A DNA stretch of 64,000 nucleotides from Chromera velia (lineage: Eukaryota), in the NCBI GenBank assembly GCA_018398765.1, contig JAHBMJ010000046.1:1-64000 (forward strand). Reading direction: 5' to 3'. The position numbers were made by a program, and so were the translations under genes. Below are positions 1 through 13,655 of the stretch, piece after piece. Each line of letters begins with the position of its first letter. Positions within the stretch are counted from its first letter, which is position 1. The notes under the pieces were generated by a model. The model was given only the letters and a program-made list of their open reading frames with translations. It was not told the DNA's origin and ran no database searches.

Positions 1-403
1 ACAAAGTCCACAGCCAAGATACTCTTCAAAAATGGGGGTCATTTTTTTTGCTAGTGCAGCTGCCATACATTTGACTCTTCATTAGTTGGATTACCTACTG
101 CACATCTTTGCACCAATCCGATTCTCAGGCCGCGGGGTCCGACCGCGGATCCGCGATTGCGCACGTTTGGATCGCCCCCCGGCGCCCCCGCTTCGCTTTC
201 CGGGGCCATTCACAATTAACCCCTTTTTGATCCCTTTTGCATCATTGCGCGTTCTCGATCCATCAGAAAAGATCGACGATCGATTCCGAACGCGAGCTAT
301 AGTGGGTGACTGACTGCGTCTGCAGATGTTCGCAGGTTGCTGTAGGCGGCCATAGAGTTATGTTGCGAAACTTCCTAGGTCTCACAGACATGCCGTCTCC
401 AGA

Positions 404-3400
404 ATGATTGTTGGCGTTCTGACTAAGAACCTTGACGTCCCACTCGAAGCTTCTGAGACTATTTTGATAAAAGCAAGTTCACCGTTCTCCCTTTTTCAGC
501 TTGTATGGACCCTTCACATCGTCGGAAACCCGCCAGGTGCGCTTTCCGTCCGACTTCTTCCTCATGAGGAAAGTTTACCGCTTCAAAAACACGGAGAGGT
601 GAGCGTGTGGCTTTCTGACTCACAGCCGAATCGACTCGAAGCGAGTCACTTTATGCCTGTCCACACACTGAATTTGTGCAGGGACGAGAGTTTGTCATTT
701 CAGGCGCTGCACTCTTTGAAGCGCCTGCTTCCGGGACCGTGCAGAAGGAGCTGAGCTTAGAAGTTGACGGCGAGGTGTTTAAGGAGACTTCACTGATTGC
801 TCTGCCGGTCAGTGAAACCTCCGATCAGCGCTCCGCTCCAATCCCCCCCCGCCCCTGAGACGAGTAAGTTTTGTGCGGCGTTTCACAGGTGCCAAAGTTC
901 TCGATGGTACCTCTCGGGACAAACGGTCAGATTTTTATTATGCCTGCGTCAGAGTGCAGACTGAAGATACGCTGGGAGGTGCGCTTGGTTCTTCTCTTCA
1001 AGTGTCGTTTCCCGCCAATGAATTCGGACTTGAGAGTTCTTTTCCAGCTCCACAGAGCAGCAGTGGCAGCCTGTCGGAAATGGCTGCGAAGAGACTGGTC
1101 TTCCGTCCCATAACCAGCGGCGACAGAGAGCGAGAGGGAAACGATGATGAGAGCTTCGACCCCCTCCCCCTGGGGTTGGAGGGAGGGACGGTCTGTGATC
1201 AGCCTGAGGCATCCTCGCTGCCGCCAGCGGCCCTCGATACAATTACAGGTGGGTGCTCTTTTGTTTTTCTTCAGAGTCGGCCGACTTCAAACGACTTGCC
1301 GTTACCGTTCTCTTCTTATGGTGATCGAACCAAGTCTGCACCTGTCAGTGGCTGCCTGTGTAAGCAGTTTGATGCACTGGTGCCTGTATCATATTGCAGG
1401 AGAGAGTGACGGTCTGGGAAACGAAGTCGGCTGCTCAAAACGCTCCTTCGTGGGAGATGATCATCCCTCGCACTCATCGCGCGATCCGGTCGGTAGAAGC
1501 TAAGTCGTCTTTGCTGTGTCATCGAGATCGAGCGCTATGATTGTTTGACTTTTGCGTGCACGTTATTCACTTACAGCTAGGGATTTTCCGTCAGAGCAGT
1601 TGCTTTTGGTGTCCTTGTCGTCTGTTCGGCTCTTCCGTGCAGCAGCTGCCGTCCAGCAGTCAGAGTGTCAAAGAAGAGAGAGGGGAGCGCTCTGCGGTGT
1701 CGCTATTCGGAATCCAGAGCAGAGATGTGGAGGGTCGCGGCAGTGAAAGCTCCCCTCAAAGCTCGAGGCAGAGAAAGGTCATCGCACTGGACCCGCGGAA
1801 GCATTGGCAAGGTGCCCGGATTGAGCAGTTTCACGTCCGCATAGGTCAGCCATTTCTGTCATCGAGCCTTTCAGGAAAGTTCCGTACTTCATGGTGGATG
1901 TGAATCTTCCTGCCGTCTTTCGTTTCGCGTGAAATCCGACGAGTGAGTCTTGTGCGTCCGTCCGTCCTCAGGTCCACGCGTTCTAGCATCTCTCGACACG
2001 TCCAGACATATTGGTGAATTTTTCATCTTGTCTGTCTTACTTACCGACACATCCTTCGCTCCCCTCCATGAAAGGAACGTAGTCTGGTTGAACCAACAGG
2101 GCATTCAAAATTATACAGAAGAGGAGGAGAAACAAGTGAGTCCGTCCACTCACGTGCGGTCGGATGACTGCATACATTTGTGCAGCATTCAACGAGACCC
2201 CCGAAATCCTCGCGCTTCTCCAAACGGTCGAAGCAAAAGAGGGTGGAGGGGCAGAGAGAAGGCGGATTCTTCAGGAAGGATTCCGGCAACTGCTTACCGA
2301 CTCACTCGACCGCCGGGGCGCCTTTCCTTCGTCCGAGCATCGTTGCTGGTCGATCGGGACCGACTCATGGGGCCATCCCGACAGGTCTGTTGCTCTTTTT
2401 ACGTCGTGGACTCAGGAGGGGGAGCGGGAAGCGATTCTCCTTCTCGGAATGTTTCTCCGCCGACTGCGAAGCGAATCTCGACCGACAGTCGAGGATCTGG
2501 AATTTTGGGTGGATGGGAACTTCATGTTGGAGGTACTGCGGGAGTGGAATCGGGCCCCGGGAGAATTGATCAGCTTTGTTCAGAAATGCAAGGGCGTGGA
2601 AACCCGTCGCGCAAGTAAGTGCTCATCAAAGCTTCTCGTTCGTGCATACGGCAACTGATCGAGTGGCACCCTCTCGCTTCTTTCAGTGTTTTCATATTCC
2701 TTGCTGGCTCTGTGTGCTCTCTTCTTTGTCCACCACACCAGCGTTCCCAGGGGCCTACTTTGTCCGGCCTTGGTCGCTTCATGTTCTCTTTGTCTTCTTA
2801 CGTTTTGGCTGCGTCCTTTTCCATTCATTCTATGTTTGAAGTAAGTCGACTCTATCTCCTCCGGGGGGTTTTGTCTCGAGGAGAAATTCCGAAGGAAAAT
2901 GTTGGATGGATTTGTTGACTGACGCTGGATCATGGCCAATTGAACAAACCAGTGTTGTCAAATGCATCCCCTGGGCAGCGGGTCAAACATGGGTTGTTAA
3001 GCGGTTTCCTGATTCTTCCTCTTTGCTCTTTCGCTCTTTGTGCCATGCAGCGACTCCTGTGAAATTGACACTGGAGGTCTTATTTGGTCGGTTGCTCTTG
3101 CCTGCGTGGACCACGATGAAGGAAAATGAAAGTAGAGGACCGCAGATCGCAGCTGTCACGCTCGCTTCGATTGCCTCGCTTCGCTTGCAAGGACTCCCTT
3201 CACAGTGGCACACAGACAAAAGCCCCTGCTTTGCAGGCCTGCTTGTCCGGAAAAGCGGGGGCTTCGAAACATACCTAGATCTCGTCAATCTCTTCTCCCC
3301 CATCTTTTCAGCACTCAGTGCACACGTCTGAACAGACGGGACAAAAAAGTGTGCGTTTTTAGTTTCTGTTTTCGATTCGACCCCTTGCTTCCTAGATGTC

Positions 3401-4981
3401 ACTGTGTCTTCCTTCCTTGCATTCTTCCTGTTCCTTCCTCTTTCTCTCGGTCTTGTCCTGCGGCCACTTGCACGCGCTCTGTGTCTCGGATCCTGTTTTC
3501 CTTCTCCGTCTGGTTCTATCTGTCTTGGTATCGCGCTTTGCTTCTCCGTCTGGTTCTATCTGTCTTGGTATCGCGCTTTGCTTCTCCGTCTGGTTCTGTC
3601 TGTCTTGGTATCGCGCTTTGCTTCTCCGTCTGGTTCTGTCTGTCTTGGTGTCGCGCTTTGCTTCTCCGTCTGGTTGTATCTGTCTTGGTATCGCGCTTTG
3701 CTTGTCCGTCTGGTTGTATCTGTCTTGGTATCGCGCTTTGCTTCTCCGTCTGGTTCTATCCGTCTTGGTATCGCGCTTTGCTTCTCCGTCTGGTTCTATC
3801 TGTCTTGGTATGTCGCGCTTTGCTTCTCTGTCTGGTTCTATCTGTCTTGGTATCGCGCTTTGCTTCTCCGTCTGGTTCTGTCTGTCTTGGTGTCGCGCTT
3901 TGCTTCTCTGTCTGGTTCTATCTGTCTTGGTGTCGCGCTTTGCTTCTCCGTCTGGTTGTATCTGTCTTGGTATCGCGCTTTGCTTCTCCGTCTGGTTCTG
4001 TCTGTCTTGGTATCGCGCTTTGCTTCTCCGTCTGGTTCTGTCTGTCTTGGTATCGCGCTTTGCTTCTCTGTCTGGTTCTATCTGTCTTGGTATGTCGCGC
4101 TTTCGAATGCCCACAGACAGTCTCCTTAGCCACACAGAAACAAAAACGCGTGTTCTATTGCAGATGCCGGGCGTGCCATGAAAGCCGTCGACTGGCAACT
4201 TCCTCGAGACCCGATCCAGCGCGTCGAGTATTTGTCACCCCTGTGGAGGCAGCTGCGGTGGTTTGCGGGGATTTTGCTTGGAGGCCGCAGAGCAGAGCTG
4301 TCTTTCCTGCATTCAGGAGAGCTGTGCATTTCCCGTCTCCGCGAGAGGAGCTTCGTGGACAACGAGCTTGTTCACGAGTTGTCCGGTTCAGACATCACCG
4401 ATAGGGGGCTGCGAGGTGACCCTCCGTCTGGGCTGTCAGACAGCGGCCTGATTTCCCTCAAATTTCCGATCTTCCTTCTACCCAGCATCGAAACTGCAGG
4501 GTCGTGGGAGGCGGTGGGGCACCAGGTTAAGGGGGTGCTGAGCTGCCTAAGACCCGGATTCTATAAATACCTTCTCAGGCGGAGAGAAAATCAAGAACCG
4601 TTGGCTTCTCAGGTGTGTCAACTCCCGTGTGTGTCTGAGTTCCCTCTTCCTTGCATGTGTCCACATATATCTGTTTGATTCTCCGTAGTGCTCCGAGCTT
4701 GTGTTCTGCCGTTTTAAAGGGTTCGATATCTATGTGATCTTGCTGCCCTTTGCGTCTTCATGTGCTTTTCACCACCTTCCGTCGCGTCCAGCCTGTATGC
4801 ATCGGCAGAATTGTTCGCCGTGTTTTGACGCACGTCATACGCCGGGTTCTCCGTCCAATTTGACTGACGGCATGAATTCAGCGATTGCTGACTTTCAAGA
4901 CGAAAACTCGGGTACGCAAAGCGAAATACGTTGAAGGGCACAAACAGAAACATGGATGGGGGGAGAGAAGAGATGGACACG

Positions 4982-5023
<42 letters not shown>

Positions 5024-7194
5024 TAGACAGACACATGTTCGGACTGTCGAACAGTCAGAGAGAGAGAGACAGACAGAAAATAAGTGCAACAGAGAAAAGG
5101 TGACCAGAGGTTCTAAAGGGGGGAAACTTGCCGTAAGCGTGCAAAAAGTAGAAAAGTGCAGCAAAGGCAGGCAGAATGTATCAGGAAAGTGAGGATGATG
5201 GAAGGAAGGCATGAGTGCCGAATTGCTCACGCGGCCTTTCTTGATATGCGATTTGGCACAGGAAAAAAATTTTTGTTCGACGTTTGCTATCTGACTCTAC
5301 CAATGCCGGGCCGTCTGTGCGATTGCCTTCTTCAGCAGGATTTCTAGTCTTTCCTTCCTCTTTTCGTTCCTTCCTTCCTTCCCTCCTTGCTTTCTCCCAC
5401 TTCTTCTTTCCTTACTTGATTTGTTTCTTTCTTTGCCTCCCTCCGCGTGCTTCGCTGCTTTGTTTGGAGCTCAATCTGTTCGCAAACTTGTCGCTGTACA
5501 TGTACCGCCCTCGGGGCTTGCCCATGCTGTGCTTGCGCGTTCGCCCTTCGGTCTTCTGTACACTTCACTTCCTTTCGGAGCCTCGCGGCATCTCGAAGCG
5601 GCGTTTCCGCTAGCACTGATAACGCAGTGGGGCAGTCCTCGGTACCCTGCGGAGACAGCTTGACGTGGGGGCGGCTGGCTGGCGCCGGCTGTATTCGCGA
5701 CGTTTGGCTGAGCGGCACAGTCGACTTCCAATCCAGGGCGGAGCAGTTTTTGCTCAACGTGATCTTCGATATCTGTCAGTCTTTTCATTGGCCTGCGAGG
5801 ACTCCTTTGACCGACTGTGTTTGCCTTGTCGGCGACTGAACGATTGATTGGTTGATTGGTTGATTGGTTCCTCGACGATTGGCAGGTGGAAGATCCGTCC
5901 CTTTTGTGACAGAAGAGACATGCTTGCAGAGGTATGCAGACTTCATTTTTTATTTAATCGATGGATGGATGAACATGCAGGGTGGGAGCCGCAGGTAGAC
6001 GATAAGGACGCATTGCAGCCGGCCGCCGACCGATTTGCATTGGTGGAGCGGATTCTCCTTAAGCCGTTCGAGGACAGCCTGCGGCGCTGGGGAGGCGGGA
6101 AAGGGATTGCTGTGAAATCGCGAAACCGAGGCAAGGAGCGCGTCTTTCGAGTTGTCAGCAAAGACCCGACCCAGTGGCCATTGGAGGTCGAATTTCTGAT
6201 GAGTCTAGTCAGGAACGCAGACAAGGGGGTGAAGGCCAGTGAAGTGTCCTTTCAGTCTGCAAAGACTGGTGGGGGGAGGGAATGGGAAGCGGACGGAGAT
6301 TCGGAGCAGGCCTGTCTCCTTGTTCAGCAAGTGATAAGCCGTGCAGATCCTTTGGCTTGCCGCGAGGGTTCGGAGTTTCAGAACTCCGTTGATGCACTGG
6401 TTCATCAAGTGCTGACCCTCTTTCCCGATGGTCGGAGAGTCGCTCCGTCATTTCCCCGCGTCTCTGTGCGCAACAGAAAAAAAAATTCAGCGTCTCAGCC
6501 AGTCGATTCTGAAGCAGACGACAGCCGAAAAAGGTCCCACCGCCACAGCAGCCGAGAGAGCGTTTGGAACAACTACGAGGATCTCACGAGGGATCTATTT
6601 CTGGGCAGTCTTGACCCACATTGTGTGGTCCGCTTGCTTTGGGGCGGGTCTGAGGGGCCGCAGCTGAATTTCGACCCTCCGCCCACAGAAAGGTCCCCCC
6701 ACGAACAGTCAAGCACTGCTGCAGGAGCCCCTGTAGCAGCACTGTTCTCCCACCCCAGCCCAAGCGACCCCGTGGGGGCTGAAGCTCTTGCACTGATGAG
6801 GAAAGCCCTCATGGGTTTGAGGGGGAAAGTTGGGATTGAGTTGCGTGTCCAGCCACAGAAGCATACGTCAGCTTCTGGAGAAAGCCCAAAGAGGAAAAGG
6901 AGTAAACACAGATTTCAGACCGGAGAGGCCGCGAGCGTGAATGCGGACCTGCATGTAAAGGACGAATCAAAAGAACGTCCACCCGAGGTAGCTCCATCAA
7001 TCCCTTGGGTAGAGAAAAGGTCCGTTCAAGACGGGAGACTTTTCTTTCTCCCGAAAGGTGCACACAAAGACGAAGCATCTCACAACAGACAAAAACTGAG
7101 ACAAACTAAGGCGGTGAAGTCAGAAGCGGCACGGGATTGTGCATGCGACTGCGACTGCCAGTACTCTCCGGTTCCAATAAAAAGTGAAAATTAA
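404..7194 (+). CDS. Long multi-exon hypothetical protein (gene model uncertain, could be more than one gene)
   Basis: Protein-like segments bounded by AG/GT on +: ~404-598, ~682-807 (GREFVISG...IALP), ~960-1248, ~2180-2612 (AFNETPEILALL...VETRR), ~4164-4612 (AVDWQLPRDPIQRVEY...LASQ), and terminal ORF ~5886-7194 ending TAA just before an AT-rich island. No family recognised. Confidence 0.5.
3501..4103. repeat. 40-bp minisatellite, ~15 copies, probably intronic
   Basis: Unit CTTCTCCGTCTGGTTCTATCTGTCTTGGTATCGCGCTTTG repeats at 3501, 3541, 3581 and onward with small variants; no spacers. Confidence 0.95.
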
Positions 7195-8527
7195 TCTCCA
7201 AATGAATGAAAATTGCACCAGCAATTCGCGCAGAATGTTGCGTTGCTCTAGGTGTTGCTTATATGTAACTATATGCAACGGCTCATGCTGACTTCAAAGT
7301 TCTGCAGCGGAGTCATGCATGACTCATACGCTCTAGCATACGCTTTTATGCTTTTAAGTTTACTGGTTGATGTATCGAAGCCTCGCGATCGAAATTAGTT
7401 TCTATTAATTGTGTAGTAGCCCTTTAAATTTTATAATAATTCAAATCCTTTCGATATATTAATGCCCCAGGCCATATAGAGCGGCGTATTAGAGCCTATA
7501 GGTTGTGTGAACCTGGGTATAAACGAACTAGTAAACGAATTCCTTTATAACATGCTCGGTCTAGTGCTCAGTTGGCCAGAGCCTGGGTGGTGGCTTACAG
7601 CTAGGCTTTAAATTAGCCTTTAATCTAAACTTATTCATTTATTACTTCATTCATAACTGTGAAAGGGCTAGTGAAGGCGACGCACAGTAATAATAAGAAT
7701 AAAAGTATAATAAAAGCTAGAACAAACGTTAACAGATTTTTTTCTCTAGTTTTTTTTTATTATTAATTTCTATATAATTTTTTTTTTCCTTCTCGTCTAA
7801 GGCCGTCCTGAACTTGAAGCATATAAAATATATAAGGCTGTTACTAGGACTATTATAAATAAGTTAAACAAAATAATTAAATTGATATTATTTAAAATAA
7901 CTATTAACTACATATCAAATTTCCCAGCCAGTTTCTAAAAGTTTGAGTTACTGTCGCAACTTACTGAAACGAAGATAAGTAAATCGAAGCCGGAGCGTAA
8001 CGCATACCTGTACACGTACGTTCACTGGGACATAAATAAAAAGAAGACTTTTTGAGTCAATTTTGTGTATTTTCCTTTTTCGTTTACGATAATCAGTCTG
8101 ACTTGCTTTCTGCCAAGATGACACTGAACGCAAAATGCCCATGCGTTTACATAAACAAACAGACAAGCTTTTTGATTTAATTTATGTTTTTCTCTTTTTC
8201 ACTGATGACAATTATTGCAACTCATTTTCTGTTAAGATGGCACACGCTCTCAGGCAGATAGAAGGTAAGACGTAACAATGGAAGATCGAACGGAACGGCT
8301 GATATATGGATGGCTGCAATGTAGAGCTCTCCAGGATTGAGCGCAAAGCGATCCAAATCATGCACAGAACAAACGTTCGAATTGGACTTTTAAAAGCAAC
8401 ATGTCTACTTGCAGGCATGCATCAATACCCAGACGTCTGCATGCAGTCTCATATATCTCTCATATGCGATGCATGGATTCGAATTAAACAGACTGAATGA
8501 ACGGTACCAACTGGACTCAGGCCGTCA

Positions 8528-8740
8528 CTACACCCCAGTCGAAGTTCCAGATTGACGACGAGGAGGACAGGGCAGTAGGGGCAGGAAAACCTCAAAAAGA
8601 AAACTGCTGCCCTTATCCGGTCCTTCGCTCTCTGCCCAAATACGCCCTCCACCGTGTGCTTCCACAAACCCTTTGCAAATTGCCAACCCCAACCCCGTTC
8701 CCATTCCATTCTGCAGTTCCCCCGCCGGCCACGTCCCCAG
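8528..8740 (-). pseudogene. Histidine kinase HATPase_c C-terminal fragment
   Basis: Translation [43 protein letters not shown] matches the G2 box and final strands of two-component HK ATPase domains. No N/G1/F boxes upstream, and it is followed by TAG TGA. Confidence 0.75.
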
Positions 8741-9677
8741 CTTTCGCTCCACCATTAATCGAATTCCCCCCCCCATACTCTCACCCCCTAGAAAGTCTCG
8801 TCTGGAACCATTTCTCCGGAAGAGGGGCCCGGCGTTGGCGCTCCTGAAGGAGAAGAGGGCGAACTGGAGTCAGAGAGAAAGCTGCTGCACACAGTTGGCA
8901 TGCAAGGGGCTCAGAGAGAATGAGACAGAAGGACACATCATGCAGGGGGTTTGGGCTATCAAAATGCAAAAATGAATGTGTATGACATGTAGTCACAATG
9001 TGATTTGGGATGGTTGTAATAGACCCATTCGTAGACCTCAGACCATAGATCACACTGTCATGCAGCGTGGTTTATCATTGGTTTGTGTCAGAGGAGCGGC
9101 AGAGACCGATTTGCTGCATTTTAGGGTGCCTGGGGGGCACTGAGCAGTCCACAGCGGTCCACAGAAGTACCGACGTTGCTGATATCCTGCAGGAAGAAAG
9201 GAAAAACAGGAAATGATCGAGGCAACCCAGAACTCATTTCTGTGTCAGAAAAGGCATGCTGCTTGACGCTGTGCTCAACTCTTACGGAGTGCAGAAACCC
9301 GAAGAAAGGAAAGAAAAAGGAGAAGAAACGCAATTGATTCTCAATCAATTGACATGTGTATATTGAAAGACTAATTTGATGACTCAATTCAAAGTTGAAA
9401 AGGACCAAACCAGGCAGTCTGCATGCACACTTTTGAATATGCGCACCGACCCCATTCGGGTTTCCACTAGCTTTCATCTACATGATTCCAGAATCAACTG
9501 CATGAGCTAGGCCGTTGCTTCCCTAACTCGCGCAATGGGAGGCAGTCTCAGCAAAAGGTGTCCCACCATGTAGACAGATTCACAAACATGCACGTAAAGA
9601 AGCAAGAGGAGGGAATGTTCTCTCAGGGAAAGTGTACAGTGTGTAACACGACATTCTGCGTTCGCCTGCTAGCCTCC

Positions 9678-9824
9678 CTGTCTGTCTGCCTGTCTGTCTG
9701 CCTGTCTGTCTGCATGCCTGTCTGCCTACTTGTCTGCCTGCCTACTTGTCTGCCTGCCTACTTGTCTTCCTGCCTGCCTACTTGTGTGCCTGCCTGCCTG
9801 CCTGCTTGCCTGCCTACTTGTTTG

Positions 9825-9855
<31 letters not shown>

Positions 9856-9936
9856 ACTTGTCTGCCTGCCTTTCTGCCTACTTGTCTGTCTGCCTGCCTG
9901 CCTGCCTGCCTACCTGTCTGCCTGCCTGCCTGTCTG
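9678..9936. repeat. Degenerate (CTGC/CTGT/CTAC)n tetranucleotide microsatellite
   Basis: Direct reading; it generates the spurious CLPA-repeat ORFs in the track. Confidence 0.9.
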
Positions 9937-10397
9937 TCCGTTGCAATGCATTGCCTCCCTATCTTCCCCCAGTCTCCTGCCAGCCCGTGGTGTCACTTAA
10001 GTTCTGTCGATCTGGAATGGGCCGTTGGAATCCTTTTACACCATCAAGCAGCGACAGTAGATACCAAAATCTTGCGGGCTTAGCTAGTGACTGAAGTGGA
10101 GGGCAAAGCCGTTGCTTACCAGTGAAATTTGAAGGCTCCAGTTCGCCGCCCAGTGCCCCCCAGGCCAGCAGCTACGATCTGTTTGCGCGCTCGTGACACT
10201 TTCAAAGTGCATGCGTACTTACGTACACATTCATGTGCACGTATTGAAGGTCATCATCGGTCTACGGGTCTTTGCAAGGCCAGATGCTCTGTGCAGGTGT
10301 GAATGAATGATTTGTGTGTGACTTGTTCAATAATCGTACGTCCATGCATGTGCAGCCTGAACTGAACGAAGCCCTGTCTAGCTGACCAATTCCCCAC

Positions 10398-13300
10398 TTA
10401 CGGCAAAGAAGCTTCGCTTCTATCATGTTGTACGTCCGAGTCTGCGCCGCCCCTGTCCCGTCTCTTTCTCTTCTGCGTTCCACTTTCGCGGTCCCAGGTG
10501 TCGCGGGTGTCGTGAGATGGAGCCTGCAGGATGACATGCAGGAACTGAGACAGTGAAGACAGTCTCTGTTGAGTTGAAATAACAGAAAACAAGACAGAGA
10601 GGATAAACGGGAGGGAAATGAGAGATATTAATTGTTAAGCAAGAGGCAGGCCCTTTGAAGCACGTCGCGGGATTGGGAGTACGTCTATGTGTAGCAGGTC
10701 GACTGGAACGTACTGCAAACTGAATGAGACCATAGCCAACCCATGCGGGACAGGTAAAAGCACCAAGTTTTTGACCAACAAAAAGATAGATAGAGAAAAC
10801 TGAGTCTAGATGAGAAGATAGAAATTGATGGCCGCACCGTGACACGTTCACGTAAAGGGAGAAAGGGGCTTTTCAAATCAAACAGGCACAAACTAGGGAA
10901 TGGATCGAATGAAGAAACTGAGTCCTGCCGCGAGTCTTGCACTTGCCTTGAAACTCTCAAGCTGTTGCTCTAATTCCCTTTGCTTCCTCTCGGCGGCCTC
11001 TGCTCGTTCCTCGAGAGTCCTTTTCTCCTTTCTCAAAGTTTCGTTTTCTTGGACAAGTTCCTGCAGTCATGGTGATCGGGGAAAAAAAGTTGATACGTCG
11101 CTAGAGACCATGGTCACAAAATGCCAGCGCGGCAAAAGAAGCCAGAAGGAGCAAGCCGTTCACTGATTGTGACATGGACTGACTTCAGCTGCGGTTTCTC
11201 CGTCACAGAAAGAATCGCTGAAATTCTTCTGTCCTTCTCTTTAGAAATTGAACAATCTGCTCAAAGTTCTGGTTCCAGAGCGCACACTTTAAGGCCTCCA
11301 GTTGATCACCTCTCATTCATTAGAAATGAAGTGACTTATCTTCTCACTGAATGCTTGCCATCTGGCAACCGTTCTCATTCACTGAGCCTCTGTCAGTCTT
11401 AATTGGAGAAACGATAGCGAATTAACTGACAACCATGGTGGGCCTGTAGGGCGGAGTGCCAGGATTTGGCGCCTGCATTCAGACAAAGAATTTGAAGATG
11501 CCTCATATGTTTTTGAATTATCTGGAACAATTCTCACTCGAAAAACAAAATAAAGCTGAGCTTCCGAAGCGGGCATCCAATCGTCATTTTGTAGCTGAAT
11601 CGTTGAAGCGTCCCAGAGTACAGAGGAACAGGTATGCGCGTAGGTGCTCAGAGAAGACGACTTCGAAATTAGTTTACAGACGAGAGCATCATTTCTTTGA
11701 ACCCACCGAAACGCCCAGAAGAGCCTCGTAGGACGTCCATCTACACAGCGGGGCGACGCCCTCAATTCTTTCTGCAAGAACACACGCAGATGTGGTTTGA
11801 GAGCAAGTCAGAAATAAAAGCGTTCGTGAATATCTGCCTCCAATGCGACGAAAAAAGAAGCAACTTTCTGTCAACTTCCTGCCAGCGAAGACATCTGCTT
11901 GTTTCTGTCACTCTCCGTTTATTTTCACCTTTTTCTCATCTATCTCTGTGTGACTCTCTCATGCACCGACATGCGCCCATTTTTTTGTCAATATCTCCAT
12001 CTATCTGTCTGGGGCTAGCTGTCCGTCTGCCTGTGTATATCCCTATCTCTGTGTCTGTCTATCAATCTATCGGACACTGGCTGTCTGCCGCTGTCTGTCT
12101 ACGTCAATCCGCCGCTCGCTGTCTGTGTCTGTCTGCTGCTGGCTGGCTGTATTGCTGACTGAGCGGCGAATGGCTGGCTAGCCGTTTGGGTGCCCTACTG
12201 CCAGATTGATTCATCGCCTGCAGTGAAAGAACGCTATGGACCCACCAGCTGCAGCTTTTCGCTTCCGAAGCAGCAAAAGATCGGCGATGTATGCCGTTCG
12301 CACGACTCTCGTCCCCCACATATCCATCTTGGGGACTGCATTTCTCAGGAACTGCACTCATTGCATCGAGGGAAAGCGGAAAGATGAAAGATGATCACAA
12401 CAAACATTCTCTTTGAGCTCTCAACGTACTTGCACGGCAACACGCAGAATACGTGAGAAGAGGGAGGGTAGATCATGTCGGACAAATCCCAAATATGTGG
12501 TAGCCACGCAACACACCGAAAGGTTGACGCGCATAAAGTGTCCGAAACACAAGCCCGTAGGCGCCTGCACGGGAAATCACGATGTGCGCACGGAAAGCAA
12601 ACAACCAGTAGGGCAGTCGCGAACTGGCATACCGATCGATCTTCTTCCGACAACTTTGCGACCTCATCCACCACCGTTTTTGCAGGCTGCCACTTCAGAG
12701 CTCTCGCAATCTCCTCCTGCAGCAGCATCATTTACGGCTTATGAGCAAGAAAGCACAAGTCTTGGAGAGGAAGAAGCGGCAGGACCCACGCACTGAACAG
12801 AGAGGAAGAAGCGGCAGAACTCACGCAGTGAACAGACAGAAAGAAGCGGCAGAACTCACGCATTGAACAGAGAGGAAGAAGCGGCAGGACCCACGCATTG
12901 AACAGACAGAAAGAAGCGGCAGGACTCACGCATTGAACAGACAGAAAGAAGCGGCAGGACCCACGCATTGAACAGACAGAAAGAAGCGGCAGGACTCACG
13001 CATTGAACAGAGAGGAAGAAGCGGCAGGACCCACGCATTGAACAGACAGAAAGAAGCGGCAGGACTCACGCATTGAACAGACAGAAAGAAGCGGCAGGAC
13101 CCACGCATTGAACATGCAGAGAGGAAGAAGCGGCAGAACTCACGCATTGAACAGAGAGGAAGAAGCGGCAGGACCCACGCACTGAACAGACAGAAAGAAG
13201 CGGCAGGACCCACGCATTGAACATGCAGAGAGGAAGAAGCGGCAGAATTCACGCATTGAACAGAGAGGAAGAAGCGGCAGAACCCACGCATTGAACAGAC

Positions 13301-13503
13301 AGAAAGAAGCGGCAGGACCCACGCATTTAACAGACAGAAAGAAGCGGCAGGACCCAGGCATTGAACAGACAGAAAGAAGCGGCAGGACCCACGCATTGAA
13401 CAGAGAGGAAGAAGCGGCAGGACCCACGCATTGACCAGCAATAAGCGCGACGCTTGGCTGAAGCAACACGTAGTGTGCCAATACACCCACATACATACTG
13501 TGA

Positions 13504-13556
<53 letters not shown>

Positions 13557-13620
13557 GGAAACACCGACCCAGGCAAATGGAAACGCAGAAAGATACAGAA
13601 ATGCAAGTACGCAGACAGAC

Positions 13621-13655
<35 letters not shown>

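Noticed and set aside
3501..4103. CRISPR-like periodicity (also 12767-13433 and 50497-50940)
   Set aside because: Units are contiguous with no unique spacers, there are no cas genes, and the context is eukaryotic.
3205..4404. Long ORFs in several frames over the repeat (also 12926-14161, 9558-10094, 25384-25867, 35005-35986, 50560-51092)
   Set aside because: Stop-free by-products of mini- and microsatellites, except where real exons are embedded.
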